From Guillardia theta CCMP2712 (Eukaryota; Protista; Cryptophyta), in NCBI RefSeq assembly GCF_000315625.1, contig NW_005434554.1:61297-125241 (forward strand): a stretch of DNA of 63,945 nucleotides, written 5' to 3'. Within the stretch, counting starts at the first letter, position 1. Each line of letters begins with the position of its first letter. Made by a program: the position numbers and the translations under genes. The notes below the pieces were generated by a model. The model worked only from the letters and a program-made list of their open reading frames with translations, did not search any database and had not been told where the DNA came from. This document shows, piece after piece, positions 41,896 to 54,452 of this stretch.

Positions 41896-42966
41896 ATGGA
41901 GGTCGGCACAAAGATGCATGCAGAGATGAGAAAGAAGAGGATAGAGACGGACAGGACAAGAGCGAAGATGATGATGAAGACGATGATGATGATGGTTATG
42001 TTAGTGTCTGTGAAAGGATTCCATGTTTCCCCCTCCATCTCTTTGTTGCCGCAACGAAGCTACGCTACAAGTTTATGGAGGCCAGTTACTGTGCGACACC
42101 CCTTCCCCACACAGGAGGGCAGGAGCTCGTTGACTTGGTCCGTAACTCCAATGAAGAGCACAAGGCAGCGGTTCTCGGAGGAAGATGAAGAATCGTCAGA
42201 CTCGTCTGAGGGGATCAGGATCAACAAATGCTTCAAAGAGTTCGCATCAAGGAGGGAGAGCGACAGGTTCGTCCAGGACGGGAGGGTGACAGTGGATGGG
42301 AGAAAGGCCTTTCCAGGAGAGCGAGTCTTCCCGGGGAACGTTGTGAGGCTGGATGGCAAGCTGGTGCAATGGGAAGGGTTATCCATCATCGACGAGACCG
42401 TCGCTCCTCAGGACCAGTTCGTGTACATCAAGTACTGGAAGCCACGAGGCGTTGTCTGCACTACAGACACGCGGGTGCGAGGAAACATCGTCGACGCTGT
42501 CGGACATCCGGAGAGGATCTTCATGGTCGGCCGACTCGACAAGGACTCGACTGGTCTCATCCTCCTGACCTCCGACGGGCGGGTACCCAACTTGGTGCTT
42601 CGAAGCGACCACAAGCATGACAAGAAGTACATGGTGAGGGCAGACAGAGCGATCAGAGAAGAGGACATCCACAAGCTTGCTGAAGGAGTCGTCATTACCA
42701 CCACGGCTCAACGGGACAGGAAGAGCAAGATAATCACTGCCAGGACGCTGCCGTGCGAAATTACAAGGGTAAGTGACGACGAGATCTGCATCACCCTCCA
42801 CGAGGGGCGGAACCGCCAGATCCGCAAGATGCTGGAGGTGCTGGGGTACGAAGTGCTGGAATTGCATCGAGTAGAGGTCATGGGGATCACGCTGTCGGGA
42901 CTCAAGATCGGGGAGTGGAGGCCGCTGTCAGAGTCGGAGATGTCGTTTATCACTGAAAGGTTTTGA
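41896..42966 (+). CDS. RsuA/RluF-family rRNA pseudouridine synthase (S4 + catalytic domain), probably plastid-targeted; likely start ~41968
   Basis: RINKCF..SRRESDRFVQDGRVTVDG, YWKPRGVVCT, VGRLDKDSTGLILLTSDG and LHEGRNRQIRKM. Leader ..MVMLVSVKG|FHVSP. Intronless. Confidence 0.92.
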   Translation: MEVGTKMHAEMRKKRIETDRTRAKMMMKTMMMMVMLVSVKGFHVSPSISLLPQRSYATSLWRPVTVRHPFPTQEGRSSLTWSVTPMKSTRQRFSEEDEESSDSSEGIRINKCFKEFASRRESDRFVQDGRVTVDGRKAFPGERVFPGNVVRLDGKLVQWEGLSIIDETVAPQDQFVYIKYWKPRGVVCTTDTRVRGNIVDAVGHPERIFMVGRLDKDSTGLILLTSDGRVPNLVLRSDHKHDKKYMVRADRAIREEDIHKLAEGVVITTTAQRDRKSKIITARTLPCEITRVSDDEICITLHEGRNRQIRKMLEVLGYEVLELHRVEVMGITLSGLKIGEWRPLSESEMSFITERF

Positions 42967-42987
42967 CCCACCCTTCCTCCTTTGCGC

Positions 42988-44684
42988 TCAGCGCGATATC
43001 CCTGTGTCCAGGCAGCAAGGGAGCTTGGGTCCCCATGCTCCCTTGCTGCTGTTAACTCTCTCCTCCGCAGCTCGTTGAGGTGAAGGCAACCGCGCATCGT
43101 CGTCGAAGTCACTCGTCCCCTCCCAGTTGGCTGGAGCCTTCGCTGCTCTCCCCTTCGTCCAAGTTGCGATGCAAACGTTTCTTGAGCTGATTGAAGCCAA
43201 GTCTACCAAGATGAATCAATCCAAGTCTGGGCGGCGACGAAGGGGCGGTGGAGGGAGTTTTGAGCAAGAGAGAGGAGGAGGTGACTTGAAAGCAGAGCGA
43301 AAAGGAAAGGGAGATGGGGATAGGGGCAGGGATGGGCCAGGGAGTGAGTGAGAAAGGGCGAGAAAGCGGGGAGGACAGGAAAAAAGAGAGGAGGGGATTG
43401 AAGAGGGCCCACCTCAAGAGCATGTTGCGCAACGGCGCTGGCTCCTTCAAAGTATAATCAGAAGACTGAGCCATTCAACATGACTTTGCCTCACCTCAAA
43501 CCAGCTGCCTTGCACGACAGAAAGTCTCAGAAGGTGAACCGCATTCGAGGTCAAAATGCAGCTCCTTGCACGAAGCACTCGACGTCCCCGTCGAGCCATC
43601 TTTTCACTGTGATCTGATTTGAGCAGCAGCTTCTAAGTGAACATCTTGCGCACCTTGAGTCGTTCAACCCGTCCAACAAAGAGCCAGCTCCTTCCATGCT
43701 CGAGGTCGATGACAGGGACTCACTCTCAGAGTACTCCTACCAAGAGTCATCAGTTGCTGTCATGCAGGTCCCGTGACGTCATCACATCCGCAGTCGACGA
43801 GCTCTCGTCGTCGTGATCCCCCCTCTCGATGTTGGAACGCGTTCGAGACGTTGCCAACGAGTCACTCCTGTATCCATGTTTCTGCTGGATTCTTTGCAGC
43901 TCAGTCTGTAGATATATGTCAGCTATTCCCTCCTCTGGATTCGAAGAAACTTCATGCCTGACTGGCTACGATCTCGTCAGCCATCCGCGCGAGAATTTCG
44001 TCGTATCTGAGCTGCATCTCGGTGATACCTTTGTCAACCACACTGGCCGCAGATCTCATCCTCGCAATGATCTTGTCACGTTCCAATATTGCCGCATCAG
44101 CCTGAGACAATCGAGTTCGCAAGGACTCAGCTTCGTTCACTCTCTGCTCGTTCTCTGACAGCCTTGACTCCAGCTGCCTGATGACCTGCTGCTGCTCCTG
44201 CATCTTACGATTGCTCTCTTCCACTTCCTCCTCCAGCAGCTGTGAGTACTCGTGGAGGTCTTGGCACTCCTTGTCGAGATGCTTATACCTGAAGGAGCAG
44301 CGTCACCAAATGAGGACGCTGCAAGGCTCTTGCCTGGCGATATCTTTTTCAAGATTGCTGCAATAAGCGCGCAAAGACACGATCTGCATATTGAAGCATG
44401 AGAAAGTCAGGTCTCTTCCCAAGAATGTCACCTCGTCCTGGGTATTGACACTCCGCTGCTGCTTCAACATGGTAGAGGGGCCCGAAGAGTGTGGGAGTGT
44501 CAGAATAGTCCACAAGCAAAGTCCAAGTCGTCATCCACGTCCTGCCATCCGAGAGCAGGAAGAAGTGATCGAACAGATGAAACCACAGGCAGGCAGGGAG
44601 GGCAGGGTAGCAAGAGAGTGCGGGGAGTCGAAGGAGGTAGAGCAAGGGAGAGTAGGAAGGTGCTCAGGTAGGAAAGGGACTCAT
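42988..44684 (-). CDS. Hypothetical coiled-coil protein, multi-exon; bounds approximate
   Basis: Heptad-rich exon EESNRKMQEQQQVIRQLESRLSENEQRVNEAESLRTRLSQADAAILERDKII, plus further exon-like segments. Confidence 0.45.
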
Positions 44685-45032
44685 GGAGGGAAGGGAGGAA
44701 GGCAGGGAGAGAAGCTGTAGGCAAGATCGACTCTGAAAGGAGCGGGGGCAGGGGGAAGATGTTGTAGCGTAGTAGAGGAGAGCGGTCCAGTAGTGGCGTT
44801 GACTGGGTCAAACACCTTCCGATTTTTCTTGCCCGAAAATTTAAAAATATAACAGTAAGATTTCAATTTACCTCAAGGTTACGAAAGCAAGTCAGGGTTC
44901 GCTCGGAGGAGACTGAAACCTCAGAGGCGTCGGGCCTGATAAAGCCCTCATCCCCACTACTGTCCCATCAAATTTGATGTGTTTCTATTTGCGGAATACA
45001 CTAGTGGAACATTTATGTCCTGACGGAGCGCA

Positions 45033-48000
45033 ATGGAGGAATACGTGGAGCTGGAGGAGCATGGCGTTCCCCCAGATGCCTCCACCTCCTCCCACACCTT
45101 CCACCTATCTTCTCTCACCTCTCGCGTATGGTCCTGGCGTGTTCTAGGGGTGGCATCTGTATGTGCCTTGCTCCTGGTTGGTGTCATAGTGCGTTCAGAC
45201 CCGTACACGAGCACTAGTGCGAGTAAGATCGATGCTCAGGCGTCAAAGTTGGCAATGGGCATTGGGCAACAGTATGCTGGTGTACCTCTGCTGCACTGCC
45301 ATGACTCAGTTGCCTGGGGAAGGTACGCATTCTCATGTTTGTTTCGCTGGCTCTAACCGATCTGTTCAGTTTCTACGCATCAACACAGGCAGACGCTGAC
45401 AGGTTTCATGGGAACGTCGGTCAGACATATACTGTGGCTTGCCCGAGACACTGCAGCCTTACAGACGGGCATATCTACGGTTGTGGAAAAGGACCCTATT
45501 TGGACGAGTCCAGCATTTGTATGTCAGCTTTGGGCGCGGGACTAGCAGGAAATGAAGAGATTTCAATCGTGACGTTTGTGCTAGTTGAGCCCGTAGAAAA
45601 ATATTCTGACTGCACTATGAGAGGATACGATTATGTTGGAGCCACTAAGCCCGCCTTCAACATCATCTCGATGCCCTGGACTTGGCAAGAGTGGAAAAGG
45701 GCCACCAAGTCACCGTACGTTGGTCGATTTTGCGGTGACAGCTGGGCTGCTCAGAACCCGAATCAAGCGTGTCAGGCGAGTATCAAGAAGTACAGGATGA
45801 ACTGTGAGATCACCAGCGGGTTGGAGCACTGCTACGGCGCAAGAGCGTTCCAGTTTCTCAAGGGGACAGATCCCCCTAACATGGTTCCAGAAGCTGGTCA
45901 ATACGTGCAGTCAGTGCAAGTCAATGCAACTGCTCCTAGCAGCAACTCAGATGCTCATGTCGCCTGCTCCATCGATGGCTCTCCACCACATTCCTTCTTG
46001 AATGAACAGGGCAAGCCTCAATCGAAAGTTTCAATCACTTTGGGGCCTGGAAATTGGAATGTTATCTGCCAGTCAGACTCAACTGTGGATGGTCCAGGAA
46101 AGCCAATCACAAGACATTTTGTTGTGCTTGCACGAACTGAAACCCCCATGATCCTTCCAGCGTCAAGCGGACCATACATCGGTAGCGTGGAAGTCACCAT
46201 GAGATTGTCGAGCCCTGCCGGAACCATCTATTACACTACCGACGGATCAGACCCAACACGAGCTGCTCTGCAATACAACGGACCAATAACAATCTCTGAT
46301 GCAGGCCAAGCCACGGTGCGGGCCATCGCGAGCAAGGACGGCATGGCAGACTCCATGGTCGCAGAGGCGGAGTACGTGGTGCTGGAGCGGGTGGATGAGC
46401 CGACGATCTCGCCGTCAGCGGGCGTGTTCACGGACTCGGTGGTGGTAGAGCTCGAGACGAGCACGGCGGGGGCAGAGATCAGGTACACGCTAGACGGGAC
46501 GGCGCCGAACGCGGCCTCGCCCGAGTACAAGCAGGGGATCGAGCTGGGGCTTGGGCCGGACGGGAAGGAGGCGCACTACGTGGTGAGGGCGATAGCGATC
46601 AAGTCCCCGGACATGGGAGACAGCTTCGAGGTCAAGTCGGGAGACATCGTCGTACAGCCGCAAGTCGAGGAGCCGGTGATCAGCCCGGACAATGCTGGGC
46701 CGTACACGGACAAGGTGCTGGTAACAATCACGTGCGGGTCAGAGGGGTCGACGATCTACTACACGACGGACGGGTCAGATCCCAGCACGAGCTCGCTGGT
46801 CTACGCGGGGGAAGGGATCATGGTGCGAGCGACGGGGACGGTGGTGAAGGCCATAGCCACAGCGCCGCACATGGCAAAGAGCAAGGTCAGCACGTCAAGC
46901 GCTTTCAGCTTGGAGGCGTCGGAGCCGACGGTGAAGCCCGACGGAGGAGTGTTCGTCGGGTCGACGAGCGTAGCGCTTGCGTGCTCCACGGCAGGGTCAA
47001 CCATCCACTACACATTGGACGGGACGGAGCCCTCTAGCGCCTCGCCGACCTACCAGGGGCCCATCAACATCGGCACGACGGGCCTTGTCATACGCGCGGT
47101 CGCGCTGCATCCGAGCCTCGAGCCCAGTCCTGTGATGTCAAGCGAGGGGTACACGATCAAGGCTGCTCCCCCGACCATGTCTCCCGACGGCGGCACCTTC
47201 ACGGGGATGGCGCTTGTGCGGCTCAGCTCGTCTACAGTAGGGGCGACGTACCGTTGCACGACGGATGGGAGCGACCCGAAGGAGGATGACCCGGTGTGCG
47301 TGCTCCCGATACAGGTGGAGGCGACCGGGACGACTATCAAGGCGATCGCGGTCAAGGAAGGCTTGAGCGCGAGCGACGTGGTGACGTCGCACTCGGCGCT
47401 GGTGATCAAGTCGTCGCCGCCAAGCTTCGCGCCGGACGGGGGGCAGTTCACCAACGAGGTGAAGGTGCTGATGGACTCGACGACGGTGGGATCGAAGATC
47501 TACTACACGCTTGACGGGAGCTCCCCGACGGAGGCCTCGGCTCTCTACACCGGAGCGATCACGGTCAGCACGACGGGAGTACAGGTACGGGCGATCGCGA
47601 TGGCGGCAGACAAGGCGCCGAGCGACGTGGCGACGAGCGGGAGCTTTCAGATAGACGCAGCAAAGCCGACCTTCGCTGCCAACGGCACTCGCTGGGCGGG
47701 GGCGCCGGAGTCAGCGGACGACTTCGTGGAGATGGCAGAGATCCACATCGCTTGCGACACGCCTGGGGCGGACATTCACTACACGCTGGACGGGTCGAGC
47801 CCGACGACGTCGTCGCTGCTGTACGAGGGTCCGTTCCTTGTCAAGAAGTACGGCGACACAACTATCCGGGCAGTGTCTGTAGCTCCGGACATGTCGACGA
47901 GCCCCATGGCGATGTCGTCAACCTACGACATCATCCGCCAGGTAGCGGCACCCCAGATCGACCCTGCAGCGACAGAGCCCTTCGTCACGTCAGTCACCGT

Positions 48001-51000
48001 GTCCATCACGGGCCAGAACTCGCTGGAGAGCATCTACTTCACGCTCGACGGGAGCGAGCCCACGCAGTCGTCACGGCTGTACAGCGAGCCCATCACGATC
48101 TCCAAGCTTGGCCATACGACGGTGCGGGCCATCGCGAGCAAGGACGGCATGGCAGACTCCATGGTCGCAGAGGCAGAGTACGTGGTGCTGGAGCGGGTGG
48201 ATGAGCCGACGATCTCGCCGTCAGCGGGCGTGTTCACGGACTCGGTGGTGGTAGAGCTCGAGACGAGCACGGCGGGGGCAGAGATCAGGTACACGCTAGA
48301 CGGGACGGCGCCGAACGCGGCCTCGCCCGAGTACAAGCAGGGGATCGAGCTGGGGCTTGGGCCGGACGGGAAGGAGGCGCACTACGTGGTGAGGGCGATA
48401 GCGATCAAGTCCCCGGACATGGGAGACAGCTTCGAGGTCAAGTCGGGAGACATCGTCGTACAGCCGCAAGTCGAGGAGCCGGTGATCAGCCCGGACAACG
48501 CTGGGCCGTACACGGACAAGGTGCTGGTAACAATCACGTGCGGGTCAGAGGGGTCGACGATCTACTACACGACGGACGGGTCAGATCCCAGCACGAGCTC
48601 GCTGGTCTACGCGGGGGAAGGGATCATGGTGCGAGCGACGGGGACGGTGGTGAAGGCCATCGCCACAGCGCCGCACATGGCAAAGAGCAAGGTCAGCACG
48701 TCAAGCGCTTTCAGCTTGGAGGCGTCGGAGCCGACGGTGAAGCCCGACGGAGGAGTGTTCGTCGGGTCGACGAGCGTAGCGCTTGCGTGCTCCACGGCAG
48801 GGTCAACCATCCACTACACATTGGACGGGACGGAGCCCTCTAGCGCCTCGCCGACCTACCAGGGGCCCATCAACATCGGCACGACGGGCCTTGTCATACG
48901 CGCGGTCGCGCTGCATCCGAGCCTCGAGCCCAGCCCTGTGATGTCAAGCGAGGGGTACACGATCAAGGCTGCTCCCCCGACCATGTCTCCCGACGGCGGC
49001 ACCTTCACGGGGATGGCGCTTGTGCGGCTCAGCTCGTCTACAGTAGGGGCGACGTACCGTTGCACGACGGATGGGAGCGACCCGAAGGAGGATGACCCGG
49101 TGTGCGTGCTCCCGATACAGGTGGAGGCGACCGGGACGACTATCAAGGCGATCGCGGTCAAGGAAGGCTTGAGCGCGAGCGACGTGGTGACGTCGCACTC
49201 GGCGCTGGTGATCAAGTCGTCGCCGCCAAGCTTCGCGCCGGACGGGGGGCAGTTCACCAACGAGGTGAAGGTGCTGATGGACTCGACGACAGTGGGATCG
49301 AAGATCTACTACACGCTTGACGGGAGCTCCCCGACGGAGGCCTCGGCTCTCTACACCGGAGCGATCACGGTCAGCACGACGGGAGTACAGGTACGGGCGA
49401 TCGCGATGGCGGCAGACAAGGCGCCGAGCGACGTGGCGACGAGCGGGAGCTTTCAGATAGACGCAGCAAAGCCGACCTTCTTTGCCAACGGCACTCGCTG
49501 GGCGGGGGCGCCGGAGTCAGCGGACGACTTCGTGGAGATGGCAGAGATCCACATCGCTTGCGACACGCCTGGGGCGGACATTCACTACACGCTGGACGGG
49601 TCGAGCCCCACGACGTCGTCGCTGCTGTACGAGGGTCCGTTCCTTGTCAAGAAGTACGGCGACACAACTATCCGGGCAGTGTCTGTAGCTCCGGACATGT
49701 CGACGAGCCCCATGGCGATGTCGTCAACATACGACATCATCCGCCAGGTAGCGGCACCCCAGATCGACCCTGCAGCGACAGAGCCCTTCGTCACGTCAGT
49801 CACCGTGTCCATCACGGGCCAGAACTCGCTGGAGAGCATCTACTTCACGCTCGACGGGAGCGAGCCCACGCAGTCGTCACGGCTGTACAGCGAGCCCATC
49901 ACGATCTCCAAGCTTGGCCATACGACGGTGCGGGCCATCGCGAGCAAGGACGGCATGGCAGACTCCATGGTCGCAGAGGCAGAGTACGTGGTGCTGGAGC
50001 GGGTGGATGAGCCGACGATCTCGCCGTCAGCGGGCGTGTTCACGGACTCGGTGGTGGTAGAGCTCGAGACGAGCACGGCGGGGGCAGAGATCAGGTACAC
50101 GCTAGACGGGACGGCGCCGAACGCGGCCTCGCCCGAGTACAAGCAGGGGATCGAGCTGGGGCTTGGGCCGGACGGGAAGGAGGCGCACTACGTGGTGAGG
50201 GCGATAGCGATCAAGTCCCCGGACATGGGAGACAGCTTCGAGGTCAAGTCGGGAGACATCGTCGTACAGCCGCAAGTCGAGGAGCCAGTGATCAGCCCGG
50301 ACAATGCTGGGCCGTACACGGACAAGGTGCTGGTAACAATCACGTGCGGGTCAGAGGGGTCGACGATCTACTACACGACGGACGGGTCAGATCCCAGCAC
50401 GAGCTCGCTGGTCTACGCGGGGGAAGGGATCATGGTGCGAGCGACGGGGACGGTGGTGAAGGCCATCGCCACAGCGCCGCACATGGCAAAGAGCAAGGTC
50501 AGCACGTCAAGCGCTTTCAGCTTGGAGGCGTCGGAGCCGACGGTGAAGCCCGACGGAGGAGTGTTCGTCGGGTCGACGAGCGTAGCGCTTGCGTGCTCCA
50601 CGGCAGGGTCAACCATCCACTACACATTGGACGGGACGGAGCCCTCTAGCGCCTCGCCGGCCTACCAGGGGCCCATCAACATCGGCACGACGGGCCTTGT
50701 CATACGCGCGGTCGCGCTGCATCCGAGCCTCGAGCCCAGCCCTGTGATGTCAAGCGAGGGGTACACGATCAAGGCTGCTCCCCCGACCATGTCTCCCGAC
50801 GGCGGCACCTTCACGGGGATGGCGCTTGTGCGGCTCAGCTCGTCTACAGTAGGGGCGACGTACCGTTGCACGACGGATGGGAGCGACCCGAAGGAGGATG
50901 ACCCGGTGTGCGTGCTCCCGATACAGGTGGAGGCGACCGGGACGACTATCAAGGCGATCGCGGTCAAGGAAGGCTTGAGCGCGAGCGACGTGTTGACGTC

Positions 51001-53494
51001 GCACTCGGCGCTGGTGATCAAGTCGTCGCCGCCAAGCTTCGCGCCGGACGGGGGGCAGTTCACCAACGAGGTGAAGGTGCTGATGGACTCGACGACAGTG
51101 GGATCGAAGATCTACTACACGCTTGACGGGAGCTCCCCGACGGAGGCCTCGGCTCTCTACACCGGAGCGATCACGGTAAGCACGACGGGAGTACAGGTAC
51201 GGGCGATCGCGATGGCGGCAGACAAGGCGCCGAGCGACGTGGCGACGAGCGGGAGCTTTCAGATAGACGCAGCAAAGCCGACCTTCGCTGCCAACGGCAC
51301 TCGCTGGGCGGGGGCGCCGGAGTCAGCGGACGACTTCGTGGAGATGGCAGAGATCCACATCGCTTGCGACACGCCTGGGGCGGACATTCACTACACGCTG
51401 GACGGGTCGAGCCCCACGACGTCGTCGCTGCTGTACGAGGGTCCGTTCCTTGTCAAGAAGTACGGCGACACAACTATCCGGGCAGTGTCTGTAGCTCCGG
51501 ACATGTCGACGAGCCCCATGGCGATGTCGTCAACATACGACATCATCCGCCAGGTAGCGGCACCCCAGATCGACCCTGCAGCGACAGAGCCCTTCGTCAC
51601 GTCAGTCACCGTGTCCATCACGGGCCAGAACTCGCTGGAGAGCATCTACTTCACGCTCGACGGGAGCGAGCCCACGCAGTCGTCACGGCTGTACAGCGAG
51701 CCCATCACGATCTCCAAGCTTGGCCATACGACGGTGCGGGCCATCGCGAGCAAGGACGGCATGGCAGACTCCATGGTCGCAGAGGCAGAGTACGTGGTGC
51801 TGGAGCGGGTGGATGAGCCGACGATCTCGCCGTCAGCGGGCGTGTTCACGGACTCGGTGGTGGTAGAGCTCGAGACGAGCACGGCGGGGGCAGAGATCAG
51901 GTACACGCTAGACGGGACGGCGCCGAACGCGGCCTCGCCCGAGTACAAGCAGGGGATCGAGCTGGGGCTTGGGCCGGACGGGAAGGAGGCGCACTACGTG
52001 GTGAGGGCGATAGCGATCAAGTCCCCGGACATGGGAGACAGCTTCGAGGTCAAGTCGGGAGACATCGTCGTACAGCCGCAAGTCGAGGAGCCGGTGATCA
52101 GCCCGGACAACGCTGGGCCGTACACGGACAAGGTGCTGGTAACAATCACGTGCGGGTCAGAGGGGTCGACGATCTACTACACGACGGACGGGTCGGAGCC
52201 ATCATCGACGTCCTCAGTTTTCACGTCACCGATCGTTCTGGCGCATTTGTTTCCAGATGTGAATCTGGTACGGGCGATAGCCACAGCGCCGCACATGGCG
52301 ACGAGCAAAGAGGTTGATGCTCACTTCATCGTCAAGCACCAATCTTGCTCTCCTAGCTTCGATCTACCAGGGGGTAAGTACATTGAGGGCGACAACGTGA
52401 CGATAGGCTGCGATGGACCTTATGACACGATCTACTACACTCTTGATGGATCGGAGCCAACGACATCGTCGTCGACGTATAAGGATGGAATCATCTTGTC
52501 CGTTATCGGGAACATGCAGATCAAGGCTTTCTCCGTCACTGAGAACATGCTCGACTCCGACGTCTCCTCCTCACCCACCTATGACGTCCATCCGGACCCA
52601 AGGTGCAAAGCAGGAGAGTATGAGCCTGGAACAGGAATGGGGTAAGTCACTCTCCAGCAGCTTCCCGAGCTCTTTCTCACGATTCAGCAGGAGGTCTACG
52701 ATCCCACGATGGAGCCTGGCGGCCAGGAACTGCACCAAGTGTCCCGCAGGCGGAACAAGGTCAGCTAGTGCAGTTGGTGACTCACGTGACATGTGTGCAG
52801 TTTACCTCAGAGCAAAGGCATCTTCTCCTGCAAGGCTGACGTCGGCTATACCGGGCCAGACGGGGGTCCCTTCGAGCCTTGCCCTGTCGGGTCCTACAAG
52901 GACAGTACAGGATCAGCTGGGATGTGCCAGGCCTGTCCAGAACTCTCGAGCACCCTCAGCAGCGCCAGCGGTTCTGCCCTGGACTGCAAGGCGGTACCAG
53001 GGGCGGAAGGGCCGGACGGAGGGCCGTTCAGGCAGTGTCCGGTGGGGACCTGGTCGGACAAGATGGGTATGGTGAAGTGCATACCCTGCCCTCCTGGCGG
53101 CACGACCCTGTCGCCCGGCAAGCACAAGTACGAAGACTGTATCGCGCTGCCTGGTTGGACCAACGAGAAGGACTGGTCGCAGGGCCCCTTCAAGAAGTGT
53201 GCAGTCGGAAGCTACAAGTCGCTCTATGGGCCCTACCCTTGCAAGCTCTGCCCCTTCTGCAGCACTACGGAGGAGGAGGGGGCGACCAAGATCAAGCTCT
53301 GCGTCGCTGACATCGGATGCGAGGGCAAGGGGTTCGGATGGGAGCTCGGCTTCACCAAGTGCAAGCACGGTTTCTTCAAGAAGACTGTGGGGAACGGAGA
53401 TTGCCCGCCATGCCAACCAGGGCAGAAGGACGGGGCCTGCGGCGGAGTGTTCACAGAGGTTGACACGAAAGAGGTGGCCGCCAAGAAAAGCTAA
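45033..53494 (+). CDS. Giant surface protein: N-terminal TM anchor, LCCL-like domain, ~26 chitobiase/beta-hexosaminidase C-terminal (Fn3-associated) domains, Cys-rich GCC2/GCC3-like repeats
   Basis: TM VLGVASVCALLLVGVIV. LCCL-like VACPRHC..IYGCGKGPYLDESSICMSA. Repeated PxxG.F...I.YTxDGSxP....Y..PI....T.VRAIA. C-terminal CPVGSYKD..CQACP exon at 52793-53494. Confidence 0.85.
46313..52195 (+). repeat. 1806-bp in-frame coding tandem repeat, ~3.26 near-identical copies
   Basis: ACGGTGCGGGCCATCGCGAGCAAGGACGGC recurs at 46313, 48119, 49925 and 51731. One unit is 602 aa, or 7 domains. Confidence 0.95.
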
Positions 53495-53516
53495 CGGAAC
53501 TGAACTTGTGACTCTG

Positions 53517-53636
53517 GATGATACTTTAACTCTTATTCTTTTGTTCAATAAGATGATGATACTTTAACTCTTATTCTTTTGTTCAATAAGATGATGATAC
53601 TTTAACTCTTATTCTTTTGTTCAATAAGATGATGAT
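53517..53636. repeat. 38-bp AT-rich tandem repeat x3 in the 3' UTR
   Basis: ATACTTTAACTCTTATTCTTTTGTTCAATAAGATGATG at 53521, 53559 and 53597. Confidence 0.93.
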
Positions 53637-54352
53637 TCTTCTTCTGCTATGATGACTCGTACTGCATATTGGCCGAGATCCTGACAGCGACGATGAGGTG
53701 ACAGTGATATGAGGGACTAGGAGTCGCCCGGCGTGCAAGCTTCGTCACGCCGAGTCCCCGGGCGGCCGACAGGCCGCCAACCCTTATCCTTTAAGTTACT
53801 AAGATCAGTACGAGGACAATCAGGAGAGTCGAGGAGGCTTGACCCTGACACTGTCGCACAGGCCACACGGCGAGAAGAGAAAAGAAAGCGAGAACCAAAC
53901 CTAATCCTACCAACTGCCGCACGCGGCAATGCTGTCCCCCAAACTTAACTAGGCTGCGGAGGACAGGGAGGCCTGACTCAGTGATGCGTTTGTAAGTCGG
54001 ATCACTCAGTTGCCAGACGTCTTGCGAGGCCGAGAGGCGAGCCAGCGCTGCCGTTTCTTTGTTCGCCGAGCGATCCGCCAGCCACTGGGCCACAGGCGAA
54101 AGCGCAAGCTGCCGGCATAATCCTGCACTCAGGCGCGGTTGCCACAGTGCAAAGCCTAGTACGATGTCCTCGGATCATGTGACTTATGTCGGAAGTCCAG
54201 GACATCCCGGAGTCCGACCGTACCGCCTCCAGTAGCCTGGCATGGCATCCCGACGGTCCGGCCGGGCCCCGGGCCCGGGGGGTCCCCCGGTTTAACTCAG
54301 CTCGCGGCCCAGCACTAGTAACTGAGTGCCCGTTGTCCGATCTGATCCTACG

Positions 54353-54452
54353 GTACTGATTTTTAGATTAACTTTAAGTTGAGTAAAGAGCTCAGTGGAG
54401 GGTTCCGAAGGGCCCAGTGTACTTTACTCAAAGTTAAGTTAAAAATCAGTAC
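54353..54452. repeat. 100-bp imperfect inverted repeat (MITE-like or foldback)
   Basis: GTACTGATTTTTAGATTAACTTT..TGAGTAAAG pairs with CTTTACTCAAAGTTAAGTTAAAAATCAGTAC. Confidence 0.75.

Noticed and set aside
46732-51948. Repeated small alternative-frame ORFs in the giant gene
   Set aside because: They are by-products of the 1806-bp coding repeat.
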